Source: Octopus vulgaris (lineage: Eukaryota). Taken from it: a stretch of DNA of 64,000 nt. This document shows, piece after piece, positions 13,181 through 26,948 of this stretch. Position 1 is the first letter of the stretch, and the number at the start of each line of letters is the position of its first letter. The stretch covers positions 12,462,001-12,526,000 of the forward strand of contig OX597826.1 in the NCBI GenBank assembly GCA_951406725.2, in the 5' to 3' direction. The position numbers were made by a program, and so were the translations under genes. The notes under the pieces were generated by a model. That model was not told where the DNA came from. It ran no database searches and worked only from the letters and a program-made list of their open reading frames with translations.

Positions 13181-13380
13181 GGTAATATCAAAATCACCAA
13201 TGTTCCCATTCTGACTTTATGGCAAAGTTCATACCTAGATTTAAATTATGTTCACACAGCCATCGCAAACAAATGCAGCTTCTTTCAATTTTAATGAAGT
13301 TTTCTATCCCTCTCCCTCCCCCCTCTCTCTCTCTGTCTAAATCTTCTTCTTCAAACATACATCGAAATCTATTGGATTGA
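13181..13380 (-). mobile_element. Possible Penelope-like ORF remnant
   Basis: LNLGMNFAI resembles the L.xGLxFA motif of PLE N-terminal regions; adjoins a fold-back. Confidence 0.35.
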
Positions 13381-13444
13381 GCATCATAAATATACATATA
13401 TATATCTGCATCTTCATATGTGCATATGCATGTATATACTTCTG

Positions 13445-13491
<47 letters not shown>

Positions 13492-13535
13492 ATGTATATA
13501 TATATAAACATATCATATTACCTATTATATTCTTT

Positions 13536-13584
<49 letters not shown>

Positions 13585-13673
13585 CTTTATTAAATAAAAT
13601 AAAGCATATTACTCTACCACTGGTATTTGAGTACTCTTTTTTCCACCTTGTTTCACATTTATGTGTTTACTCC

Positions 13674-13709
<36 letters not shown>

Positions 13710-13813
13710 CATACATACATACATACACCCACGCATGCACACACACACATATATGTACATATGCTTATGCGCTTTTATGTTCTATGCATTTGTATTTAAA
13801 AAGCGTTTCATTC

Positions 13814-13866
<53 letters not shown>

Positions 13867-14195
13867 TACGTACAGCGGCATATATCAATTCCACCATGGA
13901 AATCATAAATGTTTAAAGGAAGTTAACAGTTTTTGTGTGTTTATGACTAGCTAATAGGTGTCTTCCTCTTTGTAATTGCTTTAGTTTCAATATATGGTCT
14001 CAGATCAAATCACTCGCCAGACAAGTATCATTCCGAAACATTTATACATACATATTTCAATATGAATACTTCGAATGATTTTCACGTCGACTTAACGCCT
14101 ACGTTATATTTCATTTCATAACAGATCTGGACTTAAATCTGTTGCGTTTCCTCTTGAACGTTGCACGAATTAATGACCGTCGCTTGCTTTCTATC

Positions 14196-14196
14196 A

Positions 14197-14245
<49 letters not shown>

Positions 14246-14246
14246 G

Positions 14247-14287
<41 letters not shown>

Positions 14288-14372
14288 GCTACTACTACTA
14301 CTACTACTGCTGCTGCTGCTACTACTGCAACTACTACTACTACTACTACCATTACTGCAGCTGCTGCTGCTG

Positions 14373-14434
<62 letters not shown>

Positions 14435-14465
14435 GCTGCTACTACTACTACTACTACTGCTGCTG

Positions 14466-14535
<70 letters not shown>

Positions 14536-14536
14536 A
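14196..14536. repeat. (CTA/CTG)n(CGA)n trinucleotide array
   Basis: direct reading. Confidence 0.95.
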
Positions 14537-15187
14537 AAATGCTGCAACAAAAACTCAGAACCAGTGGCCACCGTGAAGGAACACACAGGTGATCTAACTG
14601 CGCCCAGAAGGCGGAATTCATCTCCACATCTTTGAACAAAACCTTAGCCTCAATTCAGACGCTTAATGTGAAAGTGCAGGACAGTGTTGAATTCCAGATC
14701 AGAAATTTTCGGCAAATGTAATCTTATGGACGAATTCAATGAATTGGAGAACACTTCTTTCTCTGGATTGACCAGCTATATCGCAGACTTGAGATCTCTC
14801 CATTGATTCCATACCATCTAGTCTCACAGATTTTAAGTCGAAGGGGAGTTAACTCTAATTCGTTTTTATTTTCCTTTCCTTTCCCGTTTTTTTCTCGCCA
14901 TTCCACTTTTTGGACCCATTTTTTCTCGTTTCTTTTCATGATTACTCATGTTCTATAGCCCTGATTTGTAACTTGTGCAGGCTATATGCCCGGAGCTTGA
15001 CAATTACAGGAAATATAGGTGAATCCTGCCTATATTATATCTTCAGTTTATCAGTGTATGAAAGTATTAGTATCTTAGATATACACAACGTACACTAAGC
15101 ATATATATATATATATATATAAATTTTTTTGCGTAATGAGATAAAAAACCAAGGCTTTGTAGATATTAGAACATTTATAGATAGAAG

Positions 15188-15234
15188 GTTTTACAGCTGT
15201 TTCCAGATATTTATTATATCACTTCATCAGAGAC
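15188..15234 (-). ncRNA. Minimal type I hammerhead-ribozyme-like motif (canonical core) in a (TA)n-flanked cassette
   Basis: minus: GTCT-CTGATGA-AGT-GATAT-AATAA-ATATC-TG-GAAAC-AGCT-GTA-AAAC; palindromic stem III ACAGCTGT; imperfect stem I. Confidence 0.7.
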
Positions 15235-15291
15235 GGTGTGAGAAGATGGTTAAGCCATAGTTAGTTTAGATGTGATAATATATATAATATG

Positions 15292-15329
<38 letters not shown>

Positions 15330-15574
15330 TTATAGGTGGTGGGCATCAGCAGCTGAGCAAATAACATGATATATGTAAACAACGAGAGAAATAGAAATGG
15401 AAAAACACAGAGAAAGGACCCTTCTTCAGTTGTCGGCTGTCTCTCAACTCCGCATTTCGTAGCCCCAAGACGGTAGATTATATGCTTTTAATATATTGCG
15501 CTTCTAATTTCTAGGTCATTGTTTCTTTCCTATTTCTTCTTCCCTTTGTTTCTATTGGCTGCTCTTGTTTTTTA

Positions 15575-15666
15575 CTCTGGTGAATGTCCTATGAAAATGA
15601 AGAATTTTATTTTCGCAATTATTTATAGACAGCATATGGCAACGGATACCGAAACGGCCGTAAGAT
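15575..15666 (+). ncRNA. Degenerate hammerhead-like motif
   Basis: CT-CTGGTGA-A-TGTCC..long loop..GGATA-CC-GAAAC-GGCC-GTA-AG; palindrome ACGGCCGT; A6 altered. Confidence 0.5.
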
Positions 15667-15770
15667 TTGTTACGTCACCTATCTGTTATGCCATGCTTTG
15701 TATTAAAAATTAAGCTATAGATTTGGTCCAATTGATGTGTTTGTTAATCTGAGGTTTTCTCCATTTTCTG

Positions 15771-15824
<54 letters not shown>

Positions 15825-15977
15825 TATATGTATATGTATATATATGCATATATATATATTTATATATGTATATGTATATATATGTAAATGTATATATGTA
15901 TATATGTATATATATATGTATATATATATATATATGGATCTATATATATGTATGACTATAGATATATGAATGAATAA

Positions 15978-16029
<52 letters not shown>

Positions 16030-16620
16030 GTCTCTATGTATATATATATGTGTAGGAGTTGTGTATGTGTATCTGTGTGTGTGTGTGTGTGTATTACTAA
16101 AATATTTCCGGACAGATGGTCGGAGAAAATAGTTTAATTTATGGATTTCTAGCCATTTAAGAGCACGTTATGTATATCATGTTGTGTAGCCAGTTGCTAC
16201 ACTTAACACATGAGACCAAGTTTATATACCTATTAATGTGGTATAGATTATGTAACAGAAATTATAAAAAGCAACTGATATTACACGAAGATGTCTGTAC
16301 AAATGAGGAAGAACACTTTTGGAAATATTGTAAGGGTAAAAAGAGAGAACTGTATCTATGGATAAGTGTAACTAGCACGCACATACAATACACATACACT
16401 TACGCAACCACACACAAGCATACACAAACACATGCACACGCACACACACATGCACGCACGCACAAACATACGTATATGTAAATGCACATGTACATACATA
16501 TATATGTTTATACATATAGGCATACATACATATGTATTTTTATACCTATAGTTGTATATAGACTATATATAAAATACACACACACACATATATACATACA
16601 TACATATATACATATACATA

Positions 16621-16664
<44 letters not shown>

Positions 16665-16835
16665 CACACAGATAGATACACACACTTGTAGATACCCATC
16701 TAAACACATAGTTTTGTGTTTGCATGTGCGTCTTAATCCACAGCTATATACATAAAGTAGACAGAGACTTAGAGAGTAAGAGAGAGAGAATGAGAGAGAT
16801 AGAGGGATTTTGATCATTTATATATAAATAGTATA

Positions 16836-17220
16836 GGCACTCGCATGGCTGTGTGGTAAGAAGCTTGCTTTCAACCACAAGGTTCCGGTTTCGGTCCAAC
16901 GCCGTGGCGCATTGGGCAAGTGTCTTCTACTACAACCACGCGCCGACTAAAACCATTGTGAGTGGATTTGGTTGATCGAAACCCGCCATATATATATATA
17001 TATATATATATATTTCTGTGTCTGTGTTTGTCCCCACACCATCGCTTGGCAACCCATGCTGGTTTGTTTACGTTCCCGCAACCAGAAGTTCGGAAAAAGA
17101 AACCAATAAAATAAGAATTAGGCTTACAAAGGAAAAGTTGATTTGTCCAACTAAACGCGCTGTTCCAGCATGGCCGCAGTCACATGACTGAAACAAGTAA
17201 AGGATAAAAAAAGAAAAGAA
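16836..17220 (+). mobile_element. tRNA-derived SINE family B (CORE-like), older copy
   Basis: TGGCTGTGTGGTAAG A-box-like, TTGGGCAAGTGTCTT CORE-like segment, internal (TA)n, CAGCATGGCCGCAGTC tail. Confidence 0.85.
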
Positions 17221-17643
17221 TTAGAATATGATATAATTGCTTCTTGATTTCGTAACATAAGTTCTTAGTACATGTGTGTAACTACATTCATATAAATACA
17301 TACATACATACATACATAATACACACATACATATGCGCATACTACACTAACTAACACACAAACAAAAACAAGCACACACCGACATACTTCATCGCGCACA
17401 CAAACACCCCGTTGCACTGACACACACACATACACGTGTTCGGAGGTTGATCTATGATTTTTCTCTAATGAAAATGTCATCGATTTAAAGGGTAAAACTG
17501 CACAGACTGAGGTATGCACGTGCATTTCCACATACAGCGATGCATGAAGACAGGCTTAGAAAAATGCGTGAACTGCAGCAAACATAAATCCAGTAATATA
17601 AATTTATATACATACACGTCTGGATGTACAGTACATGACAATG

Positions 17644-17716
<73 letters not shown>

Positions 17717-18359
17717 GCTGTCTATCTATCTCTTCCCACGGATAAACCTTATCTGCTTCCCCCTTTACACTTTACATCATGACACTGTACCTATTTTATG
17801 TGTGTGTATGTTATGTGTGCTTGTCTTTGATTTATGCATGTATATGTATGCTTTACGTATGTGTGTGTCATACAGGAGAGTTAGCGGAGCAGGAGTGAAA
17901 GAGGGGAGGGTCAACGAAGAAAGACATTACAAATAACAGAATGGATATGGAAAAAGCCCCAAACAACGATGTCTGTAGTGAAATCAGTTCTGTGTGTATC
18001 CATAGAAAAAAAAAAGGAAACACAGAAAGAAAAAGAGAGAAAATTAGACGGAGAGGTGGGGGCAGACATGGAATGACAAAGCTGGGGTGGATGGAGAGAA
18101 TGAGGAACAAAGGGTAGAGAGTAAATGTAAGAACGAAAGAAAGGAAGAAAGAGAGACGAAAATAAAGGGAAAAATAAAAGAGAGATACGGAGAAAGACAG
18201 AAAGAGGAATTTCAAAGATAGACGGAGAGAGATTGGATGGAAAACAGAAAATACAATCAGCTGACTTTGAACGCTGGAAGAAGCGCAAAATACAGAGAGA
18301 GACATGGAAACGTATACATTTATAAGTACGTACGTTATTTCATGTATGCATTTATCTCT

Positions 18360-18405
<46 letters not shown>

Positions 18406-18525
18406 CCTCGCTCTTCTTCCCTCTGTTCCTCTTTCTCTTCCTCTCTCTTTATTTGCACATATATAGCATGCAAATATTGGAAACTACCAAATACTCTCTT
18501 TCTCTTCCCAATCTCGCCGTGTTTG

Positions 18526-18561
<36 letters not shown>

Positions 18562-18662
18562 TTGTTTATATATATGTACGTATATATATGCACACATACA
18601 TATATATATATATATGTATATACACACACACACACACATATATATATAGACATATATATATA

Positions 18663-18762
<100 letters not shown>

Positions 18763-18776
18763 CAGAGAGACATATA

Positions 18777-18817
<41 letters not shown>

Positions 18818-18910
18818 TAGATAGATAGATAGATAGTTAGATAGATAGATAAATAGATACATGGATAGATATATGTATATGTATATATAAGTGTACACAT
18901 CCATAGGCAG

Positions 18911-18950
<40 letters not shown>

Positions 18951-19440
18951 ATGCTTGCATACACACTAAAACACACAGAGACACACATGTATATATGGGT
19001 AGATATAGGTATACTTAGACCGAGAGATTGAGAGAACTGAAAACTCTCAATGACGAAGTAAGGAAGAGGCGTTAAACAAGAAATGGAGGGAAGAGGAAAG
19101 AAATTTCGAGAGTGGAATTATTGAAACACTGCGATCAGCTGTTAGTGCGAGATGAAAGAGTTATAGCGTGAGAGAAATAGAAGAAGGTTTTAGTGGGGGA
19201 AATATGTTGTGAAGGGTATAGATACATGTGGAGAGAAAAGAAAAGGGGTTGAGAAAATGGGAGGTGTTGAGTGAGGGAAGTTGACACGGTGGAGAAGAGG
19301 AAAGTTGTAACTGAAAGACGAAGAAAGTAAACGAGGAACGATTGAGGAATGGAGATATATAATAGGGAGATAAAAACACAGGGATTAGAAATTATATGAG
19401 AATATTTATATATATATACACATTTATATATATATATCTC

Positions 19441-19807
19441 TCTATATATAAACGGCAGTTTGTCTGTGCGTGTTTCTGTGTGTCTGTTTGCTTGTACCCT
19501 CACCCTGACCACGGCTTTCAACCGATTCTGATGAAACTTGACACACACATAGCCCAATGTCATAATTCAAAACTAACGCAGCGAAAATTTTGAAAAGTTC
19601 CCCCAGTTCTGAAAAAAAATCGATAAATTCGACATGGGGTCGAGAATCAGAAACACAAACCACAAACTCCACCTTTTTTTAAATCTCAAAAAAAAAATTA
19701 CCATCATTTTATTCCATTTTTTTGCTATTTTTTGACTATAACTCTCTAAAAAATGCTTTATAGTTATTTCCCTTACAAACCTGAGCAACGCCGGGCGATA
19801 CTGCTAG
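19441..19807 (+). mobile_element. Non-autonomous Helitron
   Basis: 5' TCTATATATAAA, degenerate GTCT/GTTT run, ACCGATTCTGATGAAACTT, 3' imperfect hairpin CCTGAGCAACGCCGGG and terminal CTAG|T. Confidence 0.85.
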
Positions 19808-19832
19808 TATATATATACGTATGTATATATAT

Positions 19833-19867
<35 letters not shown>

Positions 19868-19931
19868 CGTATATACGTATTTATATATATATATATATAT
19901 CTATATATTTATATATATATCTATATATCTT

Positions 19932-20097
<166 letters not shown>

Positions 20098-20183
20098 TAT
20101 ATAAGGTAAGAAAGTGGAAGTACCTTAAAATGTGCACAAACATACAGAGACGCACAAACAACTCAATCACATGTGTGTGTATT

Positions 20184-20228
<45 letters not shown>

Positions 20229-20573
20229 ATATGCGTATTTATGTGTGTATATATGTAGTGTATGCATATATGTGTGAGTGTGTGACCTGTATGTATATAT
20301 GTAGTATGCATATATGTGTGTATGCGATCTGTATGTATATATGTATAAATGCCTCCATACATAGGCTTGTGTGCGCCCACGCACGCGTGTGCATGTGTGT
20401 ATTTAGATAGATATAGATGTATACGTAGACAGAGAGATTGAGAGAGGGTGGGAGATGAGAAAAGAGTACTGAGTACTCTCAATGAGGACAGGTAGTACAC
20501 AGATACACATATATATTTACTCGTACAAGCATACAGATATATCTCTTCGTATATCCCTGTATCACTTCCTCTT

Positions 20574-20629
<56 letters not shown>

Positions 20630-20679
20630 GTGTGTGTATAAGTGTCTGTGTCTGTGTGTATACGCGCTTATACACACAC

Positions 20680-20715
<36 letters not shown>

Positions 20716-20721
<6 letters not shown>

Positions 20722-20930
20722 TAATCCAAACATGAAAGCACAAAAGGACACAACAACGCAAGGACGTGGAACAAATATAGTATTATTGGATGCTCAGGAA
20801 AGAAAGAAAGAAGGAGGGTTTAACGTTTCGAGCGGAGCTCTTCGTCGGAAACATAGGAGAAGGAAAGATGCAGAGAAGGGAAGACAGAGGAAAAAGAATC
20901 GCCAACGGTACACACGCGGTCACATTTTGA
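20716..20930 (-). mobile_element. (TA)n-flanked Penelope-like cassette with hammerhead-like motif
   Basis: minus 20818-20852: GTTT-CCGACGA-A-GAGC-TCC-GCTC-GAAAC-GTT-AAAC. Confidence 0.65.
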
Positions 20931-21319
20931 ATATATATATAACTATCACGCGATAAGTGCTGTGGCTACCATAGATATTCTAGTTGGCATTGCTGAAGAA
21001 CATTAAGGCACAACTGAACAGGATTACGAAAACAACCACAATAACAAGAACACCGACGACAACTACAACGACGACAACACCAAGAACGGCTATGAGGAGA
21101 ACATGAATATCAGCAATAGCAATATTAATTTCAACTCCTTGTATCATAACAATCAAGTCACATCAAAGCAAATTGCTTATAAATTTCCAACATTTTCAGG
21201 GACCAGAAGCCATGGAACATATTTTGTTTAACATGTTTATATGTTCACTTTCTCTTTTTAATTTAGGGTTAACTCTTACTAGCCAGATGCTTCGTAGCAA
21301 GATTGTAAAGGAAAGCATC

Positions 21320-21750
21320 TTGTTTTGTTAATCATATTTTAAATCATAAGTTTTTTCAGGTATTTTATAGTACCAGATGTCATCCACCATCTGTAGTTTA
21401 TAAAGTAAGTGGTTATTATCTCTCCCTAAGAACCGAAGTTCAGGCATGCTTTTTTCGAGACACGTTGGTACGTATCCTCTTGCTCCCATAATAATAGCTA
21501 TTAAGCTGAAAATGCAACTTGAGTACTGGATTTGCAATCTTCTTATCAACTCTCGATATATATTAAATCTCCTCTTGTATTTTTCATTTCCACAACAGAG
21601 TACATCTTTTCTTATGGTCCCACATAACAATATCTGGCCGGTTGTGTCTAACTTGGTGACATCTTCAATAACTGTTCGTTTGACCTTTCAGTCTCAGTAT
21701 GGTCAACTTCATGTGTTGGTGTTTTCTTCTTTGATATCACGTTCCGGATG
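21320..21750 (-). mobile_element. RLE-domain 3' fragment of a non-LTR retrotransposon
   Basis: TKLDTTGQI (decayed HNRPDI region), YRELIRRLQ, IIMGARGYVP. Confidence 0.65.
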
Positions 21751-21864
21751 ATATCCCGTATGCATGCATGCATGTATGTATGTATGTATGTATGCATGTA
21801 TGTATGTATGTATGTATGTATGTATGTATGTATGTATGTATGTATGTATGTATGTATGTAGGGA

Positions 21865-22042
21865 GAGTTTACGAAAAAAAAAAAAGACGAAGACAGGTGG
21901 TGTACAAAACAAACAGATGTATTAGTATAACGCTCAGGAATAGAAAAAAATCTTCACGTTTCGAGCCTACGCTCTTCTACAGAAAGGGACGCAGAAAAAA
22001 CAAGGAGAGAAAAGAAGTGTGTATAGTGGCTAACGATCTATC

Positions 22043-22045
<3 letters not shown>
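21865..22045 (-). mobile_element. Microsatellite-flanked cassette with hammerhead-like motif (same family as 57093-57240)
   Basis: minus 21952-21985: TTT-CTGTAGA-A-GAGC-GTAG-GCTC-GAAAC-GTG; dispersed near-identical copy at 57.1 kb. Confidence 0.65.
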
Positions 22046-22075
<30 letters not shown>

Positions 22076-22387
22076 TGTATGTATGTATGTATGTATGTAT
22101 GTATGTATGTATGTATGCGTGTATGTATGAATATATGAATGTGTGTGTATGTATGTTCCTTGATCTTTGTTTAGTAAGTCTGTTGTAGTCTAGTCTGTAT
22201 TTAACAACCTGTTCCTGAGCCGTCTATGTTCATTCTTCTTTTCGTTGATCCTAACTTCGAGAATTTGCTATGTATGTGTGTGTGTGTGTATGTGTGTGTG
22301 TGTATGTGTGAGTGTGCGTGTGTGTGTGTGTGATTGTGTGTATGAGTGAGTGAGTGTGTGTGTGTATACACACGTTCTCTCCCTCTG

Positions 22388-22434
<47 letters not shown>

Positions 22435-23339
22435 TTGTCTCACTGTCTCGCTCCATCCCTTTCTCGCTCACGCTCACACACGCAATAATTTGATCTTATA
22501 GAAACTTTAAGATAAATATTTTATAAAGATTTGGAGTTGAAGGAAACTCACTTCAACCGACCAGCAATTACACTACTTGATACACTTTTATTCCACCTTA
22601 ACAAACTTTAAATTTTGTAGTAAAACCCCACTTTTGAGAAAGAGAGTACCCTACCTAATCAACCACAATACTTGATTGGCACTTGAATTTACTAAATCGG
22701 ATATAGGACAAAAATCGCGTTAAATTTCATGACATTTGAACTTTAAAATAAATCGATAGAAAGAGCGCTGTAAAATGTTTTCTCTCGTCTATCGTTATTT
22801 TGCTACACTGTACCAGCATCGTCTTCAGCATATAAATGGCTAAACTTTTTTTCGCGATCGGCTTATTATATTTTGATATATATAATGGAGTTCACATGCA
22901 GTGAAATTTTTATTAATTTCGAAATTCAAAATTTACTTCATCTATTTCGTTAAGTGCACATCAGCTTATCTTCCATGACATGTAGCATAACAGCATTTTT
23001 AATCAACCGTCGCTGTGTGTAGCTAGCTACCAGAGGGATTGATAATCTCTCAGCAAATTGAATGGTGTTTTCTCTTTTCACGTATGCGCGATGTCTGCCG
23101 TTATGTACGTTTATTAAGCTGCCGTTAGTCTTTTTAAATTTCTGTTAATTAAACTTCGACACTTGTTAATAAAAACAACTAATTAACACAAATAAACAGT
23201 TGATGCAATCACTCAACTTGTTAAAAATCGTAATCAGCGGATTTATATTTTGCATAAATATCACTGTATTAGATACCCTTGAAAAAGACACGTTGCTGTA
23301 GGTTCTCATATCAAGGAAAACTACAGCGATCCGCACCGT

Positions 23340-25900
23340 AACTAGCCACGGCCACCTCAAAATGGACCAAAGCATCTCTTAGAACCTGATATCGAATTTC
23401 AAATTGGAGACATCAGGGAGAAAAAGATGAATGATTTCGCTAGAAAAGCTAAAGCAAAGAGTGCACCAAGAGGTGATGGCGTCTCGTATAAAATTTACAA
23501 ATATTGCAATCGTCTGCAAAAGAAACTCTTCGTCCTACTCCGACAACTGTGCCGCGAAGACACTCTGGTAGAGAACTAGTGTAAGGTAGAAGGCATATAC
23601 GTGCCGAAGGAATCCAATGCAGAGACTATAAAACAGTTTAGGCTGATATCCTTATTGAATATGGAAGGCAAGATCTTTATGGGAATTTTCTCGAGGAGAA
23701 CAGTGACATATTTACAAAGCAATGGATATGATGATGAATCTGTTCAAAAGACTGGGATCCCTGGATGCATTGAACACTGTTTTTCAATTTGGAAAGCGAT
23801 CCAGGATGCCAAAAGGAACAAGAGAAGTCTGAACGTGGTATGGCTTGACCTAGCTAATGCATATGGCTCAGTGCCACACGAATTACTGATCAGAGCCATG
23901 GACTACTTCCACATTCCAAACAAAGTAACCAAATTAATGAGGATATATTATGAAAGTTTTGAGATGAGGTTTACAGCTGGAGATTTTACAACAGATTGGC
24001 ACCGATTGGAGATTGGCATTGCTGTTAGCTACACTATATCTGTCATGTGGTTTATCTTACTCATGGAGATGATTTTGAAAGCCATGGATTTTTCGGAACA
24101 AATCGCCCATGTACAATCGCCTAAGAAAGCCTTCATGGAGGACGTAACACTTCTATCAACAGACAAGCAAATCATGTCCTCTTGAGACTAGACGAGATTA
24201 TGAGGAGGTCAAGGATGCGGTTTAGGGCAAAAAGTCGCGTAATCTGACATTTGTTATGTGAGTGAAGAAAGAAGTCAAGTTTCGAATAGCTGAAGAAAGC
24301 ACTCCAATTGTCAAAGAAAAACCAGACAAAAGCTTGGAACATTGTTAGATAGGAGTCGCAGAATGGAAATTATGAAACAGACCAAGGTTGGATTATCAGC
24401 AATTGATAACTCAAAGTTACCAGGTAAATATGACATTTGATGCTTACAGTTCGGCTTGTATCTGTGACATTCGTGGCCACTTTTAATATATGAGGTAGCT
24501 GTGTCACGAATTCAAATCATTGAACAAAATTGTAATGTGGTCATTAGAAAGTGGCTAGACCTACCTCGGATATTGAACAGTTCAGGTCTTTAACGTAAAA
24601 GAGGTTCGTTGCAGTTACCACTGGCGTCAAAAGTCGGAATATATAAACTTGAGAAGCTACGAACGGTAATGATGCTGAGAGAGTCAAAGGACATGGAAAT
24701 CAGGCGTAATCTACCAGATGTGAAAACAGCCAGGAAGTGGAAAGCAGATGAAGAGACTGATGACATCCTGTTTTCCCTTACGCACCGAAATATGGTGGGT
24801 ACAAAGCAAATTCATCGGATGGAACTTGGTTTTGGCGCAGATCGGTTCAGACCATTTGCAAGTATGATGCGGCGCGAACTCAGATCTGTTAGCAACAGCG
24901 TCAAAACGAGGTTAGCAGAGAGACGAGAACTTCATTTGATCCAATGCATTCACCAAGGACAGATAACAAGATGGGAGGAACATGTTGAGAGGAAAATAAG
25001 TTGGGATAAGATAGGGAGGTGGACCACATCTCGGTTAAGATTTCTGATTCGTTCATCCTATGATAATTTGCCATCACCTGCAAATCTAGTAAGATGGAAC
25101 ATCTCAAAGAACGATATATGTAAATGCGGAAACGTCGGAACACTGAAACATATTCTTTCCAACTGTTCACTAGCATTGAACAGGTATGCATGGCGACACA
25201 TCCTTGTCCTTAAGATTATCTTCAAAGCTATAAAAAACAAAATTGATCTCAACAACAGTGAAAAAAAAGCCGTTCTAAGTACCAAGTAGACTTTACATTA
25301 CTTTCGTGGTCTCAGAACAGCGGATCTGTTTCAAGAAGAAGAACAATAAACTTACTGTGAGCGACAAAAAGTGGAACGGCTATTGGGAGGTGACAGTAGA
25401 TTTACCAGGGTTCCAGAGACTCTTTCCCACCCCAGTTACGAAGAAACCAGACATTTTAATGTTGTGAATCTAGTCGATTTAACGGTTCCTAATGAAGATA
25501 ACATGGACGCCACTCGGGTTCGAAAGATTGACGGTTATGTAAACCTCGTCGATGAATGTGAAGACATAGGCTGGAAACCGGAGCATTTTACAATCGAAGT
25601 CGGACGTAGAGGGTTTGTTGGACACAGTCTGAGACGACTGTCGTTAAGCCTAACTCATCGTAAAGTGAATACCACTATGACCGATATCCAAACTATAATG
25701 GAAGAGGCTACCCACTGGATTCGGTTAAAAAGAGACGATGACTGATAGCTAGAAGAATATTGAGCTTTATTTGATAACAAGTTGATCTAGTAAGCGGGGC
25801 CTGATATCAGTGCGCATTGATGCCGTCGAGAGGTTGGCCCCGAAACGATGCGCATTCTCTCCTGATGACTCCATACATTTGTTGGCTTTCGGTACGTGGA
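23340..25900 (+). mobile_element. HERO/R2-like non-LTR retrotransposon, 5'-truncated and pseudogenised
   Basis: KSAPRGDG, QFRLISLLNMEGKIF, GIPGCIEH, WLDLANAYGSVPH, AFMEDVT, CKCG..TLKHILSNC, VDLTVPNED, IEVGRRGF; multiple stops and frameshifts. Confidence 0.92.
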
Positions 25901-26071
25901 GTTCTCGACTGGTAGCACTTGGATGTACAAGTTGTTTGCAAAACAACATGGAAATCATAATATTGATCATAAGTTTTTTCAGTTAAAGATGATCTAGGAT
26001 TAAACACTAACAACGATGAAGACGAAGAACATTTAGGACGATATTAGAAGGTCCATGTGGTAAATTAATAT

Positions 26072-26285
26072 TGGTTCCAAATTTTGGCACAAGGCCAGCA
26101 ATTTCGGGGGTGGGGTTAGTCAATTAAATTGACACTAGTGCTCAGCTGGTGCTCATTTTATCGAGTCCGAAAAGATGAACGGTAAAGTCGACTCCGGCGG
26201 CATTTGAACTCAGAACATAAAGATGTATGAAATACCGCTAGATATTTTTCCGGGTATACTAACGGTTGTGCCAGCTCACCGCATT
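26072..26285 (-). mobile_element. Older SINE A-related monomer (TTGTGCC tail type)
   Basis: diverged core AAAGTCGACTCCGGCGGCATTTGAACTCAG and GGCACAAGGCC tail. Confidence 0.8.
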
Positions 26286-26726
26286 TCCTATGTTAAATAA
26301 ATATTGTAAAGCATTTTAGAAGAAAATTGTTCTGTGTCACGAAGAGTATTAGTCTCAGTTTTTATGCTAAATTTATATTAAAAAATATCACAAAATAATC
26401 ATCTGTGGCTAAGGATCTCAGAATCCCACAATAACTGGATTCGTTCTTTATCATTGTTAAACTTTTGGCAACTACTTTTCGGAATCTTATCCTTGATCTA
26501 AGCAAATATAAAAGGTAGATATATGAATTTACATAATAGTTTGGTTATAATCCAGCAACAACGGAAGGAATTTAGATGAAAGTTTTTTTGTCTCTTTGAT
26601 TGTGGAGTGACTTGTTCCTTGGTGTGATTCCGACTGTTATGGATGAGAAAGAATCCAGTGGTTATGGCTTTCTCTAATTTACATGAATAATGCCTATTGG
26701 CATGTACTAACTGAACATCAATGGTT

Positions 26727-26771
<45 letters not shown>

Positions 26772-26776
26772 AACTT

Positions 26777-26810
<34 letters not shown>

Positions 26811-26897
26811 CACCACCACAACCACCACTGCTACTACTACTACCACTCTACCACCACCACCACCACCACCACCACTACTACCACTACTACTACTACA

Positions 26898-26941
<44 letters not shown>

Positions 26942-26948
26942 CACTACC
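26727..26948. repeat. (CTA/CCA)n array
   Basis: direct reading. Confidence 0.95.

Noticed and set aside
23601-25745. Active retrotransposon or domesticated RT gene
   Set aside because: 5'-truncated, catalytic FMDD altered to FMED, many stops and frameshifts
25862-25905. CTGATGA after the HERO element as a canonical hammerhead
   Set aside because: The following stem is not followed by GAAA, and motif order does not fit types I-III
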